Source: Callorhinchus milii
Lineage: Eukaryota
Reading direction: 5' to 3'
Assembly (NCBI RefSeq): GCF_018977255.1
Contig: NW_024704742.1
Location: forward strand, 118,236,001-118,300,000
DNA: 64,000 bases
The notes under the pieces were generated by a model, which was not told the DNA's origin, did no database searches, and saw only the letters and a list, made by a program, of their open reading frames with translations. This document shows, one piece after another, positions 11,845 to 25,384 of this stretch. The position numbers were made by a program, and so were the translations under genes. Numbering within the stretch: the stretch's first letter is position 1; every line of letters starts with the position of its first letter.

Positions 11845-14650
11845 ACTGAATTTCCTACAAAGCCTCCTGCGCTGGGAGTGCGAGGAGGAGTTACACACCA
11901 AGAGAAGGAATAATAAAGAGGAGGATGTGGCCAGAACTGCATTCATATTAACAACATCCAAAATACCACATATCAACCTCACCTATAATGTCCACTTTCA
12001 AAAAGCAAGTGTCATTTAAAAAAAAACACATGTTGAAGATTGCTTTTATTAGCAACTTGATCTGACCAGAATAAGAAAGCTCCTTCTTTTAAGTGGTTAG
12101 CTGCTACAATAACACAGGGCGATTCAGAATTCTTTCAGCAGCCTGTTGATTTTATTTCCTCGGGTACTCTTGCATGGAGATATTTGCTGCCAGACTCTTT
12201 TCTATTTGGTCATGGTCATCTTAAAAAGCTCACCGTTCACTTGGAGGGGTTTGGGGCTGTAATACGTGTCTTTCTAATTGGAACAATTATCAAAAGGCAT
12301 CTCGGGCTGGCACCACAGGTGCTGAATGAACCGATTCAGTGGAAGAAGCAGCAATCTCCAAAAATGCTAAGCCGCCCCTGTTACAACTTTAATTGCATTC
12401 TGCACAGCACCCCAATTTCTTATTAAAAGTACCGTGACCTGTTAACTGCTGTTAGTATAATATAAATAATCCTTGCATTTCATATCGCGCCTTATCACGT
12501 CGTTGAGACTTCTCAAAGTGCTTCACAGAATATATTGTTCAGTGTAATGACTGTGTATTTTGTCGTCAAAATATAGCGCATCTAGCACTAGCAGCATGAC
12601 AATCTAGCAACAGAATAGATGAACAATAAAGAGGCAAAACTCACGCCTGTGTATTATGTTTGCACCGACATTGCAGAATTGACATATTCACAGCTCCCGT
12701 AAGCAATATTCTGAGTAAGCAGCTTCCACTTGGAGTAAATTAATAACTAGCAAGAGCTTCTTTTCCCTTTTATTGTTTCTGTTAAGATCTTGTCAAGTTT
12801 AAACAGCAGCTACAACAACTTGCATTTATATCTATAAATAATAAAAATCATCCTTGCATTTGGTATAGTGCTTTATTACATTGTTAGGTCTCAAAACGCT
12901 TCATAGGATATAATATTATGACCTTGTGTATTTTGTGGATGAACTTGGCAGACAGCTTGCACACAGCAATGTCCAACAAACAGCCATAGAGTGAATGACT
13001 GATTTTATTTGGGGGACTGTTGGCTAGGATGCTGGGAGAAACTCCCTTCACTCGTCACCTTGCACTTGAACATCTTAAAACGCTTAAACATGATACAGAA
13101 ATGGAGGAAGGGAGAATTAAGGGTGTTGACTAAAAACACAGTCAAAGAGACGTGGCTTTAGGAGGATTTTGAAGGCTGGGAGAGAGGGGCTGAAGAGGTT
13201 TTGGAAGAGAGTTCCAGGTGCCTATGCCTATTTCAGCATTCATATGTCAGCACTTTAATTTCAGAATTGGTGAAGCTGGTTGCAGAGCAGAAAGAGGTTT
13301 CAGACAACAACAAATTACACTTGTATAGCGCCTTTCACGTCGGGAGGACGTCCCAAGGCACTGGACAGAGTACAGCATTTCAGACCCGAGCTGGGGTTGA
13401 GGGAGTAAGGGAGGGGAGGGGAAGGGGGGTAATGATGGCACAGTGTTAGATGTAGATGTGGTTGAGAAGCCAGCAGTACAGCAGTGGTTTTAAAGTGAAC
13501 TCACAAGCCTGATTCACTGATTTTTGCCTTTGATGATTAAAGCAATAGGAAACAATAAGATGTGTCTCGTGGATTCTAACGTCAAAGTTAGAAGGAATGG
13601 TTTCATGCTGTAAGAATGTAGACGTACAGTAAGATGAGGAATCACCTTACTAAGAAAGTGCAAACAGGGTACAATGCCCTAGATAACAGTTCAGTTTCAG
13701 AACAGTTTAAATTAACAAAAATTGGAGCAGATTCATATCTTTTCCTTCCAAGACAATTGTAATGAAGAGCAACTACAGCCACCAGAAACAATGAGTTTTG
13801 TTATCAATTAAAACATCAAAGGTTTTTTATTGACTGAAAGCCCCTGGGAAATGAGAGCCTGAAGATGGAGTGCATCATTCATATGATGGTGAGTGTGTGC
13901 TGGTAATTTGACCAGATTGACACTTGTGTTCTCCACCAATGCTCATACGTGCACACTTTCTGGCAGAGATTACCGGACAATGCTCGGAAGTGAGATCCTC
14001 AGCTAACCAACTGTCTGTCCCCTCTATATATCAGGGACTGATTTAGATCCCCAACCACTGAACGGCTGAGATCAGCTCAGCACAGATTGCAACCTAGGAC
14101 CTTCTGTTCGCCCACAAATATACAGTCAATTCACTTTACAGTGTGTTCTGTGAAGCGCTTTGGGACGTCCTCCCGACGTGAAAAGCGCTATATCAAATGC
14201 AAGGATTATTATTATTATTATGGTCTGTGTGGCCTTCTGCTGCAGTCTTTCATTCACTGGACCAGGGGTCTTCACCAGTCGATCGCCACTAGGTGGCACT
14301 CTCACACATGATCAAAAAGACAAAGGAAGAAGCGATAGAATTGCATAAATATTTAGCTCAATTGAAAACGAAGCCAGATGCACAAAGTATTTCACGTACC
14401 TTGAAGTACAGATATAAACATTATTGTAAACTGTGGTAAATATCGCTCCTTCCTCTTGTTTTTTATTGAACATGTGTGAGATGCTACCTAGCTACGATTG
14501 ACCGGTTGGAGCCCCCTGCACTAGACCGCTGCAGGAGCTTAGTGAAAGCTTTTTCAGTTCCCTGTTGACTGGCAGTGCCACTGAGGCTCTGTTGCTCTGT
14601 AATTGGCTTCCAAAAGGTGCATGGGAGTTGACTGCACTGCCTCACCCACT

Positions 14651-15050
14651 ATAATAATCATTGCATTTGATATAGCACAATATCAAGCCGTTGAAATGTC
14701 TCAAAGCGCTTCACAGGATATACTGTAAAGTGGACTGACTATATATTTTGTGGGTGAAATGTGGCAGCCAATTGCATATAGGAGTGTCCCATAAACAGTC
14801 GTGGATTTTATTTGGGGTATTTCTGGCCAGGATACCGCTAGAAACATCCTTCTCTTTCAAATAGTGCCATGGAATCTTTAATGTCCTCCTGAACAGGCAA
14901 ATGGAAGCTTCGATCAACAGCACCTCCACCAATATAACAGCCCCCAACACTGCAGTGGAGGGTTATCATAGATTATGTGATTCCAAGTCCCAAAGTGGGA
15001 ACCTTCCGACTCAGAAGCCAAAGTACAACCACTGCACCACGCTGACACAC
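14651..15050 (-). mobile_element. Deu-domain SINE, near full length
   Basis: tRNA-like head (gtgtcagcgtggtgcagtggttg...ctgagtcggaaggtt), Deu core (cattaaagattccatggcactatttg), shared tail. Confidence 0.75.
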
Positions 15051-15494
15051 ACATCATCTCCCAGTGAAAAGTTCCTAACATCATGACTCCTCTGGCTGAC
15101 CCAGCTATGATTGGAATGCCTATATATATATACCTATATCAAATGCAAGGATTATTATTATCACCTCTCCCACCCCTCCCTGTCAGGCTGTGAAGCTCAG
15201 AACCAAAAGCACTTAAGCAGCCCTGAGTTGTTAAACATTAAACTTGGTGCCCTCGGGGAACTCTTTTATTGCTCATCTCAGTACGCTGCAACCAGCAGGA
15301 ATATTATATCTTCATATCTGCACTGTACTCTGCTGATAAAAGCACATTTCTGGGTGAGCTTTGTACTGAATTAAATTGCTACAGATCGGCCCCAATATAG
15401 GAAGATTCAGCAGCTACCTCCCTCCCTCCCTACCTAACTAACAATACAAACCAACGTCTGTCAGACTGAAAATGAAAGTCTGTATTCAGCATTC

Positions 15495-16016
15495 AACAAC
15501 AACAACAACAAGATTTCATTTATAGAGCACCTTTCACATTGGGAGGCCGTCCCAAGGCGCTGGACAGTTGGGTCGGGACCCGAGCAGGGGGGAAATGGTC
15601 AGGGTGAAGGGAGGAAAGGGAGGGAGCGAGGAGGGGGTAGAGAGTCGAGAGGGGAGCTGAAGGCACGGTCAAAGAGAAAGGTCTTGAGACCGGCCTTGAA
15701 GGAGGAAAGGGAGGAGGCAAGGTGAAGGCACTGGGGGATAGAGTTCCAGAGCCTCGGGGCTGAGAGGCTGAAGGCCCGGCCACCGAAGGTAGGGCGGTTA
15801 GGGCGGGGGATGTGGAGCAGACCAGAGCCAGAGGAACGGAGGGTACGGGCAGGTAAGTAGGGGATAGTAGGTCGGAGAGGTAGGAGGGAGCGAGGCCGTG
15901 AATGGCCTTGTAGGTGAGGATGAGGATCTTGAATTCGATCCTCTGGGGGATGGGGAGCCAGTGGAGGTGAGCGAGGGTGGGAGTGATGTGGTTGCGAAGC
16001 CTGGTGCGGGACAGTA
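15495..16016 (-). mobile_element. L2 LINE, 5'-truncated 3' end
   Basis: ORF 15599..16090 contains RTLRSSGSGLLHIPR...FGGRAFSLSAPRLWNSIP...FKAGLKTFLF. (GTT)n tail at ~15495-15510. Same family as 1945-2432. Confidence 0.9.
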
Positions 16017-16039
16017 CACAAGCTGAAATTCAAATATAA

Positions 16040-16300
16040 AGGTAATTCCCCTGGCCTGGGTGAGGGCAAAGTATCAAGCAGGTTTCCCATTCCTAATCCC
16101 CATCCAGCGACTCACTTCTCTTACTGGAAGCTGTGTGAGCATTGATGTGAGGTGGAGACAGGACACTATGGTCCCATAGAGTGCATCCTTCATTCACTGT
16201 GTGTCTCCACAAGAAGATTAGCCACTTGAGTGCGGGTGGTTAGCACTAGAGAACTGTAGCCCAACATGAGTCAGTGCCCTCAGGAGAGGAATGGGAAATA
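16040..16300 (+). mobile_element. Unclassified old SINE-like repeat, family B
   Basis: Shares blocks (caggtttcc..., gaggacagga, gccacttg, caggagagga) with ~56020-56345, ~42100-42450, ~49490-49640, ~33230-33390 and ~24440-24780 (minus). Confidence 0.55.
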
Positions 16301-16345
16301 AAATTAAACAATGGAATATGCCAGCTGAGTGTTGAGAATAGATCC

Positions 16346-16553
16346 CCGTGCCTTGGCTCTCGCCAAACTGCGCCTTATACTCTCTGGAGTTAGGTAAGCA
16401 GGATGCGATCCTCCAGGAAGAGAGTGTGCATTCCATTCCATGGGAATTTTCATGTGTTGGTGGGATGCATGGAACTGTCAGGTTGGTTTGGATACTCTTA
16501 GGCACGTTGTTGGGTTTTACGCATGTGTCAGACACCTGGCTGACCAAAAAAAG
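16346..16553 (+). mobile_element. Unclassified retroposon-like repeat, family C (3' end)
   Basis: ccttggctctcgcc...ggatgcgatcctccagg...ttggtttggatact...gtgtcagacacctggctgacc followed by an A-run. Homologues at ~21590-21730, ~33398-33690 (minus), ~41780-42070 and ~9115-9150 (minus). Confidence 0.7.
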
Positions 16554-17421
16554 AGAGGCTGTTAAAACGTAGAACAAACAACATTTTCACTCGGGTAGTG
16601 AGGGCCTGTTGACAAGCTGCTGTTCTGCAGTATGGTGTGTTGGATTGCAAGTTGACTTGGTTACCAGTTTATGGGTAGTATTCAGATCATAATGTATACC
16701 CTGAGTGCTTCTGGTGTAAACACATAGGTTCAATGTTATATTGCTGTACTTTTGACAAGGAAATCAGCCACTACACTTTGCCTCCAAGGACTTTGACTCA
16801 ACACAGTCTAAGCTGACACTTCAAAACAGTGCTCGGGATGCGCTGCATTGTTGGAGGTGCAGTCCTTCAGATATTAAACCAAGGTCCTGTCTGCCCGTTC
16901 AAATGCATGTTAAAAATCGTGTCGCACTACTCAAAAAGAGAGTGAGAAACAGAGGACAGTCTCAAAATGCTTCACAGGATTTTTTTTATTGTGAACGCAG
17001 TGACTTGTGTATTTTGTAGTCAAGTTAATAATTATCACATTGAACTTGTTATGAAAAGTTGCAATTTCACCGGAATAAATCTGTAAATATCAGTTAACAG
17101 AAAGCGCTGCCTCTTAAAGTGACACAGGACACTGGGTGCTAAAAGAGTTTGGTCTGCACTGAGTTCAGGGCCAAGGGCCAACCTTTGCAGTCATCAACAG
17201 CATTGGTCAGTCGTGAATTCACTTTGTTACCAAAACTTCTAAAGCAGAACACTTGTGGACTTTTTAAAACGATGACTGACGGTGTTTTTACTATCCTCGT
17301 CTCCAAGGACACAACCCTGCTAGATGAAGAAACCATGTGTCACCTCAATTGCCACAACACTGGGCCCCAGAGAAGCCAGTGTGCCTTTAAGTAGTGGCCT
17401 TCTAAAGTACCTTCACAGCTA

Positions 17422-17860
17422 ACATTTACATTTAAATTCTTGTATTTAATAATAATAATCATCCTTGCATTTGATACAGTGCTCACATTGTTGAGACAAC
17501 AATAACTTTCATTTATATAGCGCCCCTCACACAGGGTAGCATCCCGGAGCTCTTAAATGTCTCAAAACGCTTCACAGAATATACTGTAAGGTGAATTAAC
17601 TGTATATTTTGTGGGCGAAATGCGGCAGCCAATTACGCACAGCAGTGTCCCACAAACAGTGGTGGATTGAGTGACCAGAAATTACATTTAAATTCTTGTA
17701 CTAATACTTAAATTCTTACATTTAAATTCTTATAATTACATTTAAATTCTTGTGTTTACATTTAAATCCTTATATTTACGTTGAAATTCTAGCCTTTACA
17801 CTTACGTTTATGTTTAAATTCTCCCAAATACGTTTAAATTCTTCAATTTTTATAATTACA
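17422..17860. repeat. Degenerate AT-rich minisatellite (core ttacatttaaattctt) with a SINE 3' half inserted at ~17447-17680
   Basis: About eight ttaaattct-like units, one before and the rest after the SINE. Confidence 0.75.
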
Positions 17861-20179
17861 GCTGGAAAAAAAGACAGCCCTGTTCTTTTCTTTAACAAAA
17901 CGTCAACCCACAAAACACAATGCTGGTTCTCTGCAGCGATCAGAAGGGAGTGTGTTTTTGATTGCTCTGCAGGGACTTTGGAAAAATATGGACTGCTGCA
18001 GATTCTGCTGTTTGAGTGTGATTGGCTTCATTTCATTGATCCATTGACCTTTGCCTATGTGACTCCGTGAGGCAGCTGGTGAGGAGGTGGTCGAGTTTAC
18101 ACAGACATGCTCACTTACTTCACATTTGACTCATGAGTGAATCAGTCACATTTTGACCCTGTCCACTTAAGTTGCTGTGGTAACAAGAAGGTGGCCTCGG
18201 TTTTCCAGTGATGTTGTTTTCCCCTCAATGATCTAATGTAGCAGTGCAACATCACAGTGAACTTAGATCAGATCAAACCTGATGCAATTCATTTTTAACC
18301 AGAGCAAACCCAGTGTGACACCACATCTCAGTTACACACAAACTTTGTGTCTGACTCCACCACTGTTAAGCGCTCTGAGAAACCTGTCCCACGTGACAAG
18401 CACAATATAAACGCAGGTTGTTGTTGCTGTTGTACTTCCCTTCCTCTCAGAGGTAACTAAATATCTGCACTCATTGTATCCCCAGGCATGTGGCCAAAAT
18501 GTTCTTCGAGGATAAACCTCAGGTATGAAGCACATCCTGTCACATGTAATCCTGCTTGTTCCAAACAGGAACCCCGTTGCTCCCCTGAGAACACTGAATG
18601 GAGAAATTCAACCTGCAGAGACTTAACTCTATTTATCTAACATTTTAGAGCATTTGGTAAATTGTTGAATTCAGCCTCAACTCTGAAGTCTGCAAAAGAA
18701 ATTATGGAAAAACCCGTAATCAAGAATTTGCCAAATTCTGGCTGCTCTAAAATACTACATAAATACTTCCAAATACTAGTATTTGAAATACTTTCCTAAA
18801 TACCCTTTTGAAAGCTGTTATAGATTCTGTTTCAAGCAACAATCTTGGTAGCGTATTACACATCCCCATATTCTCCTGCTCTTCCATTTGGTGGACAGGA
18901 ATAGAGCTGGGCAGTTGTAGCTTTGCTGCCACTTGCCAATGACCTATAGGATTGCAAATGCTTCTCTGCATTAACCTTTTCCACAAACCTGGGCAAATTT
19001 ATGACAGCTGGCTCCCAGGGTGATGGGTGAATTGAGCAGAGAAGATCCTGAGTCTGCTTTCCCAGACACTGGGCCAGGCTCAACACCATCACCGTGCTCT
19101 TGAATATTTTATTTTGTAAAAGGAGAAGAATGAGGCTGGAGCGATTGCTTTTGGAGGCTCGTACATGTCATCCAATTCAGGGGCTTTGTCATACAGCAGG
19201 TTTTGATGCAATAAACAGTTTCTGGTATTACAGTGGTGCTGAGACTGGTGACATGATCTGCTGAGAAATATTCCATCATCCGTCCCACCAGCACTACGCC
19301 CTGCATCAGCATAAAAGCTATTTGAAATGGGACACTCAACGGACAGGCAGTAGATAGAGTTTATATCCTGCATTAAAGTTTGAGAAACTGTTCCTCAGAC
19401 TCTTAAAACATATCCGTTTACCGACCAACTTCAGGGGGAGGTGGGGGGGGGGAGGAAACACAAACTCGATATTCGAATTACAATTTACAATAGAAAAGTT
19501 TTTTTTTGATCCTGGGAGTTGGTGACAGGAGCAGATTTCACAAGAGGTAGTGACTATCGGCTTGCTGCCTCCCTGGAATAAAATTCTGACCAACACAGAG
19601 ATAATAAAAGTGCCTTTGTGCCTTACGCACACTCTCTGTCACCAGGTCACTGAAATATGTAACAAAGCACCAGCACGCCAACCCTACCCCACCACCTCCC
19701 CCAACATCACCCACAACCACACTGCAATGGAAAACAGTACTGTTCCCTCAGTGCCCAGGAACTAATCTCCCAGCTGTGAGGTGTTTGCAAAACACTGAGG
19801 CTATTGTCTCTCTCTTGGCCAGAGGTGCCGTCCTTCAAAAACTACAGTAAACATATCACAATCCCCACTGTGCTTAACTCTTCTATGTATGAAATTCCCT
19901 CTCCTTCCTCTCTCCTCAGCATGTGTGTGCTTTCCACACAGAGTGCAAGAATAAACCCACCGTCTTGTGGTAAAGTAATATTAAAAGGAAATATGAATTT
20001 AATTGTCCCACCCCCTTCTTTGGCCCCTTGCCTTTCAGCTGAAAAGCTGATATGACATTGGAAACCAGTAACTGTGAAATGACCCATAAATGTCACTTTT
20101 TATTTGGAAATTTTAACTTTATTTTCTCTCTCTATGACCTTGAGTGCAGGTTTACACTGTGGACCTGCAAAGGAGGATT

Positions 20180-20573
20180 GGTGTCAGCCTGACTTGATTG
20201 TGGTTTCTGAGTCATAAACGTTGTAGGTTCAAGCCCCAAGTCGAGACTTGGAGCTCACAATCTAGTCTGACCCTTCAGTCACTGCTGTGAGATGAGATGT
20301 GATATGAAAGCGTGGTCCTGTCTGTGCCTGCTCAGGTAGACAATAAAAATCACAAGACACTATTTGCAGGGAGTTTGTCCTGGTAGCGCAGTCAACATTC
20401 CTCCGGATAAAATTGGTCATGGTTATGTTGGTGGGACATTGCTGTGGGCAAATTGGCTGGTATGTTTTGCCTACAGAAAAACAGTCACTACACTTTACTG
20501 TAATATCCTGTGAAACACTTTGGGACGATTCAACTTTGAGGCACTATATCAAATATAAGGATTATTATTATTA
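20180..20573 (+). mobile_element. Deu-domain SINE
   Basis: Head ggtgtcagcc...ctgagtca...ggttcaagcc, Deu core, tail aaggattattattatt. Tail-to-tail with a minus-strand SINE tail at ~20621-20730. Confidence 0.75.
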
Positions 20574-21898
20574 GCATTATTCCCTAGGAACCTAAGAAAT
20601 CCCAAATGGGATTTTACTTACTAATAATAATCCTTGCATTTTGATATAGCACCTTATCACGTTGTTGAGATGTCTCCAAGCACTTCACAGAGTATACTGT
20701 AAAGTGAATTGATTTAGGATACTTGGCGGGCATCTGAAAGCTGTCGGGGAAATGGGCATTCATGCCTGAAAGGGACAAAGGGAAAACAATTCTCCTTATT
20801 AGGTGATGGTAGCTGCAAGTTGGGGTGAATGGGGACAAAAATCCGGCAATTGCCAGTTGGGAGTTGCAGCATTAATTGCAATGTTGATTTTGCAATCAGG
20901 GCAGGAGCTTTGCTTTATGGTTGACAATCTCAGGGCTTTAGGTATCTAATTTGACAACCACCCACCAGCAATTTTGACTTTCATCTATTGGCATGGACAC
21001 TGTCTGGTAGAGAGAGCACCAATCATTGAGAAACAGCCTGCAATTGTAACAGGGTTGCTATTTGGGAAGGATGATATCAAGTGGTCCACACTATCTGAAC
21101 TTCTCTTGTGATCTTGTGAATGACAGGGAACTGAGGCATTAATGATTCCCAGGGAATAATTTGCACCTGATTCTCATGACGCTCTGTGGCCAGTGGATTT
21201 TATGTACAGCAGATTAACAACTAAATCACTGGGCTCTGGACATTCTGTGGATTCATAATGTATCTGTAAAAATGGAAGGGTGAGAAACACATCTCTTCAC
21301 AGATGTGATAACTATTCAATGTGTTATTGAATTTGTTATAAAACATCACACTTTTCTATCCATTGCTTATGTTCTGACATGTCAAAGTTGAGGGTGGTGG
21401 GGGGTGTGGTAAGGAAAGAATGTGTCCACCCTCAAGGTTTTGGCTCTTTGGAATGATGATTTTAGTGCTATGTTTTGCTTCCATTCAAGGAGTTAGACTG
21501 GTATTTTAGTGCAGCTAAAATAGGACATCAATTAAAATAAACTGGTATCCTGTGAAGCCGTGCACAAAAACTGGCTCTGGTGGCACCAAGAGAATGTGCA
21601 TTAGGGAATGTACATTTCAGACGATTGGGAAATATCCATGCATGAGTGGAATTCAACAGTAGTTTGGTTTGGATACTGTTAAGCATGACATTGAGTTTTC
21701 ACATATGTCAGACACTTGGCTCACCAAACAAAACACTTACTTCACTCGCAACAGTAGAATCATAGATGAAAGAGAAATTGGAGCACAGAAGGAAGTGATT
21801 TAGCTTGTTGCTAGCTCTTTCACTGACGCTATCTGCTTTTACCCCATTCCTCTGCTCCTTTTAATACCCTTTCATTTTACTTTTTTCCAAGTACATAG

Positions 21899-22105
21899 CA
21901 ATGATAGTCAACCCATGGTCCGCGGGCTGGAAATGGCCCATGGGGCCACTGAATATTCACACGAGTCTCGGTGAATCTGTTTTAAATCAATGTTTTGTTT
22001 CCAGTAGCTTACGGGTGATTACGGGTGATGATGTATATGGTGTGGCACTAAATCAAATCAAGAAAATGTATTTGGTTGGCTAACCAAAAGGGTTGTGCAC
22101 CACTG
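21899..22105. mobile_element. hAT-like MITE (~205 bp)
   Basis: Termini caatgatagtcaaccc...gggttgtgcaccactg. Reverse-complement homologue at 46382-46581. Confidence 0.65.
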
Positions 22106-24801
22106 ATACATTCCTTTTTTGGAAACAATAAGGTGGATAATTTCTGGTACCTGGCATACACCTCATGAGGGCTCAAATCTGTACTTGTCTGATGTTAAAT
22201 GTCCAACTAGTTACTGTCTTCACTTGGTGATAGGGGGGCACGGGAGAGGTAAGCGGGGTCTTCTTCTAGCTCAGCTGACTCTGAGGTGACATGCTTAGCA
22301 ATAGATTAGTGGTTGGTGCACTTTAAGATTCCTTTCACTTAATACAAGTGTTGCTCTGCGTTCCCACCTCCTTCCTTCCCTCCTCGCCCCCATCACCATG
22401 ATCACAAGCATACAGAATTATGAGGAGCTCTTCACTGGCTGCCCCCTGTGTGTACTGAGCCATCTCAGGAGTCAAAGGGTTAACAGGATACCCACTCCAA
22501 TAGTCTAGTTCCCTAATTTTAGCCCAGATATTGACACAAAGGCTCTGCCAATGTTTACGCTGTTAACAGTGGCTTCCGACTCTCTCTGGAGGTTTACAGC
22601 CACCAGTTGCTGCTCTGACGTATCAGCACTATTTGTTTAGCATGGGGCAAGGTGATAATAAAGATATCCAATCAACTTTCAAACTTTCCCTCAAACATCA
22701 CAGGCTTAACTCGCCGAACGAGTCCAGTTAATGGAAAATTTGAAGGCGTTCCAGTGCATTTAGGAAAGCCACTTGCGAAATGAAGAATTTTAATTCCCGA
22801 GCAAAAATCACGTAGAAATCAATATAGGAATAGGAAACGCTGCATCTATTGTCCACTATGCCAGCTCCCCACACAGGGGAGAGAGCGGCCCACAAAATAT
22901 ACAGTCAATTCACTTTACAGTATATTATGTAAAGCGCTTTGAGACATCTCAATGACATGATAAACGACATATAAAATGCAAGAATTATTATTATTATAAG
23001 TTTCAATCCCTAATGTTTTCCATGCTAGTCAGGTTCAAACAGGTAGCAGTGAGGGTGCTATAATTGACCTCAATTTCCCTGGTCTGGAAAGAGAAGGAGA
23101 ATGGGGGGGGGGGAAGAGTCAGTCAAGGTCCTCACCCGGACTTCTTTCTGCGTGCATCTGTGTGAATATCGGATGGGATTCAACCTTGGTTTGTGAAGCT
23201 CTCTTCCCTGCAGTGTAAGAATCTGAAGATTTAGGCCATTGCCGGAGGGCTGTGGGCTGGTACATTGAAGAGACAAAGGGCCAGGGAGAAAGATAAGGAG
23301 AATGCAAACTCTGAACTGCCCACCTTTAGAAACAACAATGTCAATTAGTATCTTAATAAGGAAAGATTAGAAGAAAAAGCCAATGTACAAGTCACCAAGA
23401 CTTCTCTATCATTGTCGCTTTCGTGAAAACTTGGATCTATATTTTTGTCTTTAAGGAACACTTATATTAGTTAATATTATGTTATTAGTTTTTACACTAA
23501 CCAAAAAAGGAACAACTGTGAACAACAGGGATAGTAGAAAAGCCGCAAATATTCACTTCAACTTTTGGCATTGCCAACTCACTGAGTAAAGACAGACCAC
23601 AAAACTGTGTAGAAAGTATTAAAGGCTTCACTACCTATTGTGTTACTCACAGGAGCATTATAATATCTGCACTGCCCTACATGAAATGTTAATCTGTCTG
23701 AAAAGATATATTTCCACCATCTGCAGTGTCTCTTTCTTATGTCAAACCTGACAAGAGATTGCAACAGCAGTTCAGCCCTACAATGATGACTCAGTCAGCA
23801 CTGTGCATAAGCAAATTCCTAGTGCTCAGTGCTCTTGCATCATAGTTTTGGGCTACCTCGGGGAAATGTGGCCAGAAATGGACTTCTGCAAGTCACGCAG
23901 CTGAATCAAAATGACAAACTGAGACGCTTTATCATCTAAATTCCAGTTAAAAGGAAAATTACTACATGTGAAAAAAAATTCTTAAAATGTTAATTCTCGC
24001 AACACTGCCTCGGGTGCTTTTCCAGGCAGGAATTTTGGGGAGGTTTCCTGCTGTCAGCCTTCTGCCTTCGTCACAACTGATCTACGCAACTGTAGCCGCA
24101 GGACAGGGTGTGCATACCCAGGTTTGACAGAATAAGCGGGGGTGGCAGAGCCTGGGCAGAGGCAAAGCGAGTATGAGCTGGAACAGGTGGGAGACACCTG
24201 GCTGGTGATGCTTGAAATTAGTCCGGTTCCCACAGATTTGCCGTTAAGTGTATTGTGCATATTACAAACAGTGGAATAACCTGGGGCTCTTAATGTAATG
24301 AAGGAGAGATCAGTGAGGCTGAGTGACAGGTCTCTTGGGCCAGGATCAGGCCGTGGATATGAAGCACAGTGTGTGCTCTGTGTCTCTGCTTCTCCCTCCA
24401 CATGTACACCCACACACACATCTGCAGGACTTAGTTACTTCCACACCCAGGGGGCTGACCAGCTTCTCCTGCTGGAGTGGTAAAAGCACACAACCCAGAC
24501 CAGGAACAGGCATGCGTCACACTCCCATCCTAGCACTACTTCCGATCAAGGCTGAGGCTGTGGTTAAGGGTGCCTGTTCAGCACAGCCAGATGCAAATCC
24601 AAAATAGAATTGCCCTTCCCACCAAACTTTGAGGGTTGACAGGTTATTTGTTGGAGGAGGAGTGAGTCCATAACCAAACCCTTGATGTCCACACATGTAC
24701 ACATTCCAAGTAGGGATCAGTGTATGGGGATCGAAAGAGGGAATCCTACTGACTGCCCCTCTCTAGCCCAGGTACATGGAAGTCAATAGTATCAATCCAA
24801 G

Positions 24802-25227
24802 TTGAGATGGGCTAAATCAATGGAGAGAAGGTTATGCGAGGACCTGATAGAGGTCTTCAAGATCATGAAAGGTTTCGACAGGCTAGATAGGGAAAAGCTG
24901 TTTCTGCTGGTAGGTGTGTCTGTGACCCATGGTAACAGTCTTAAGATATCTACCAAAAGAAGCAGAGGGGAGGTTAGAAGAAATTTTTTCACTCAGCGAG
25001 TTGTTCGAATTTGGAATGATCTGCCTGAAAGGGTAGTGAAGTCCGATTCGATAACAACTTTTAAGAGAGAACTGGATAGGTATCTGGGGAAGACGGGTTT
25101 GCAGGGTTATGGGGAGAAAGCTGGTGATTGGGGTTAGTGAAAGTGACTTGCTCTGTCAAAGAGCCGGCACAGACTCGATGCGCCGAATGGCCTCCTTCCG
25201 TGCCGTAACATTCTATGAATCTATGAA
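24802..25227 (+). mobile_element. CR1 LINE 3' end
   Basis: ORF ERRLCEDLIEVFKIMKGFDRLDREKLF...RNFFTQRVVRIWNDLP...FKRELDRYL. 3' UTR gccgaatggcctccttc followed by (attctatg)-type repeats. Confidence 0.9.
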
Positions 25228-25384
25228 AAATAATTTACTCAAAGAAAACTAAAAAAACTTGAAAACAGACACATGTCTAAACAAGGTAGTGAGAAAGGCA
25301 AGTCTGCAACTGTACATATTCTTGCAACACCACTTTATGGCACCCCAGAGGTTAATGCAATTATTCTGTTACATGAATTGTCAA

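Noticed and set aside
17681..17860. CRISPR-like repeat array
   Set aside because: Degenerate AT-rich units with no constant-length unique spacers, no cas genes, and a eukaryotic context.
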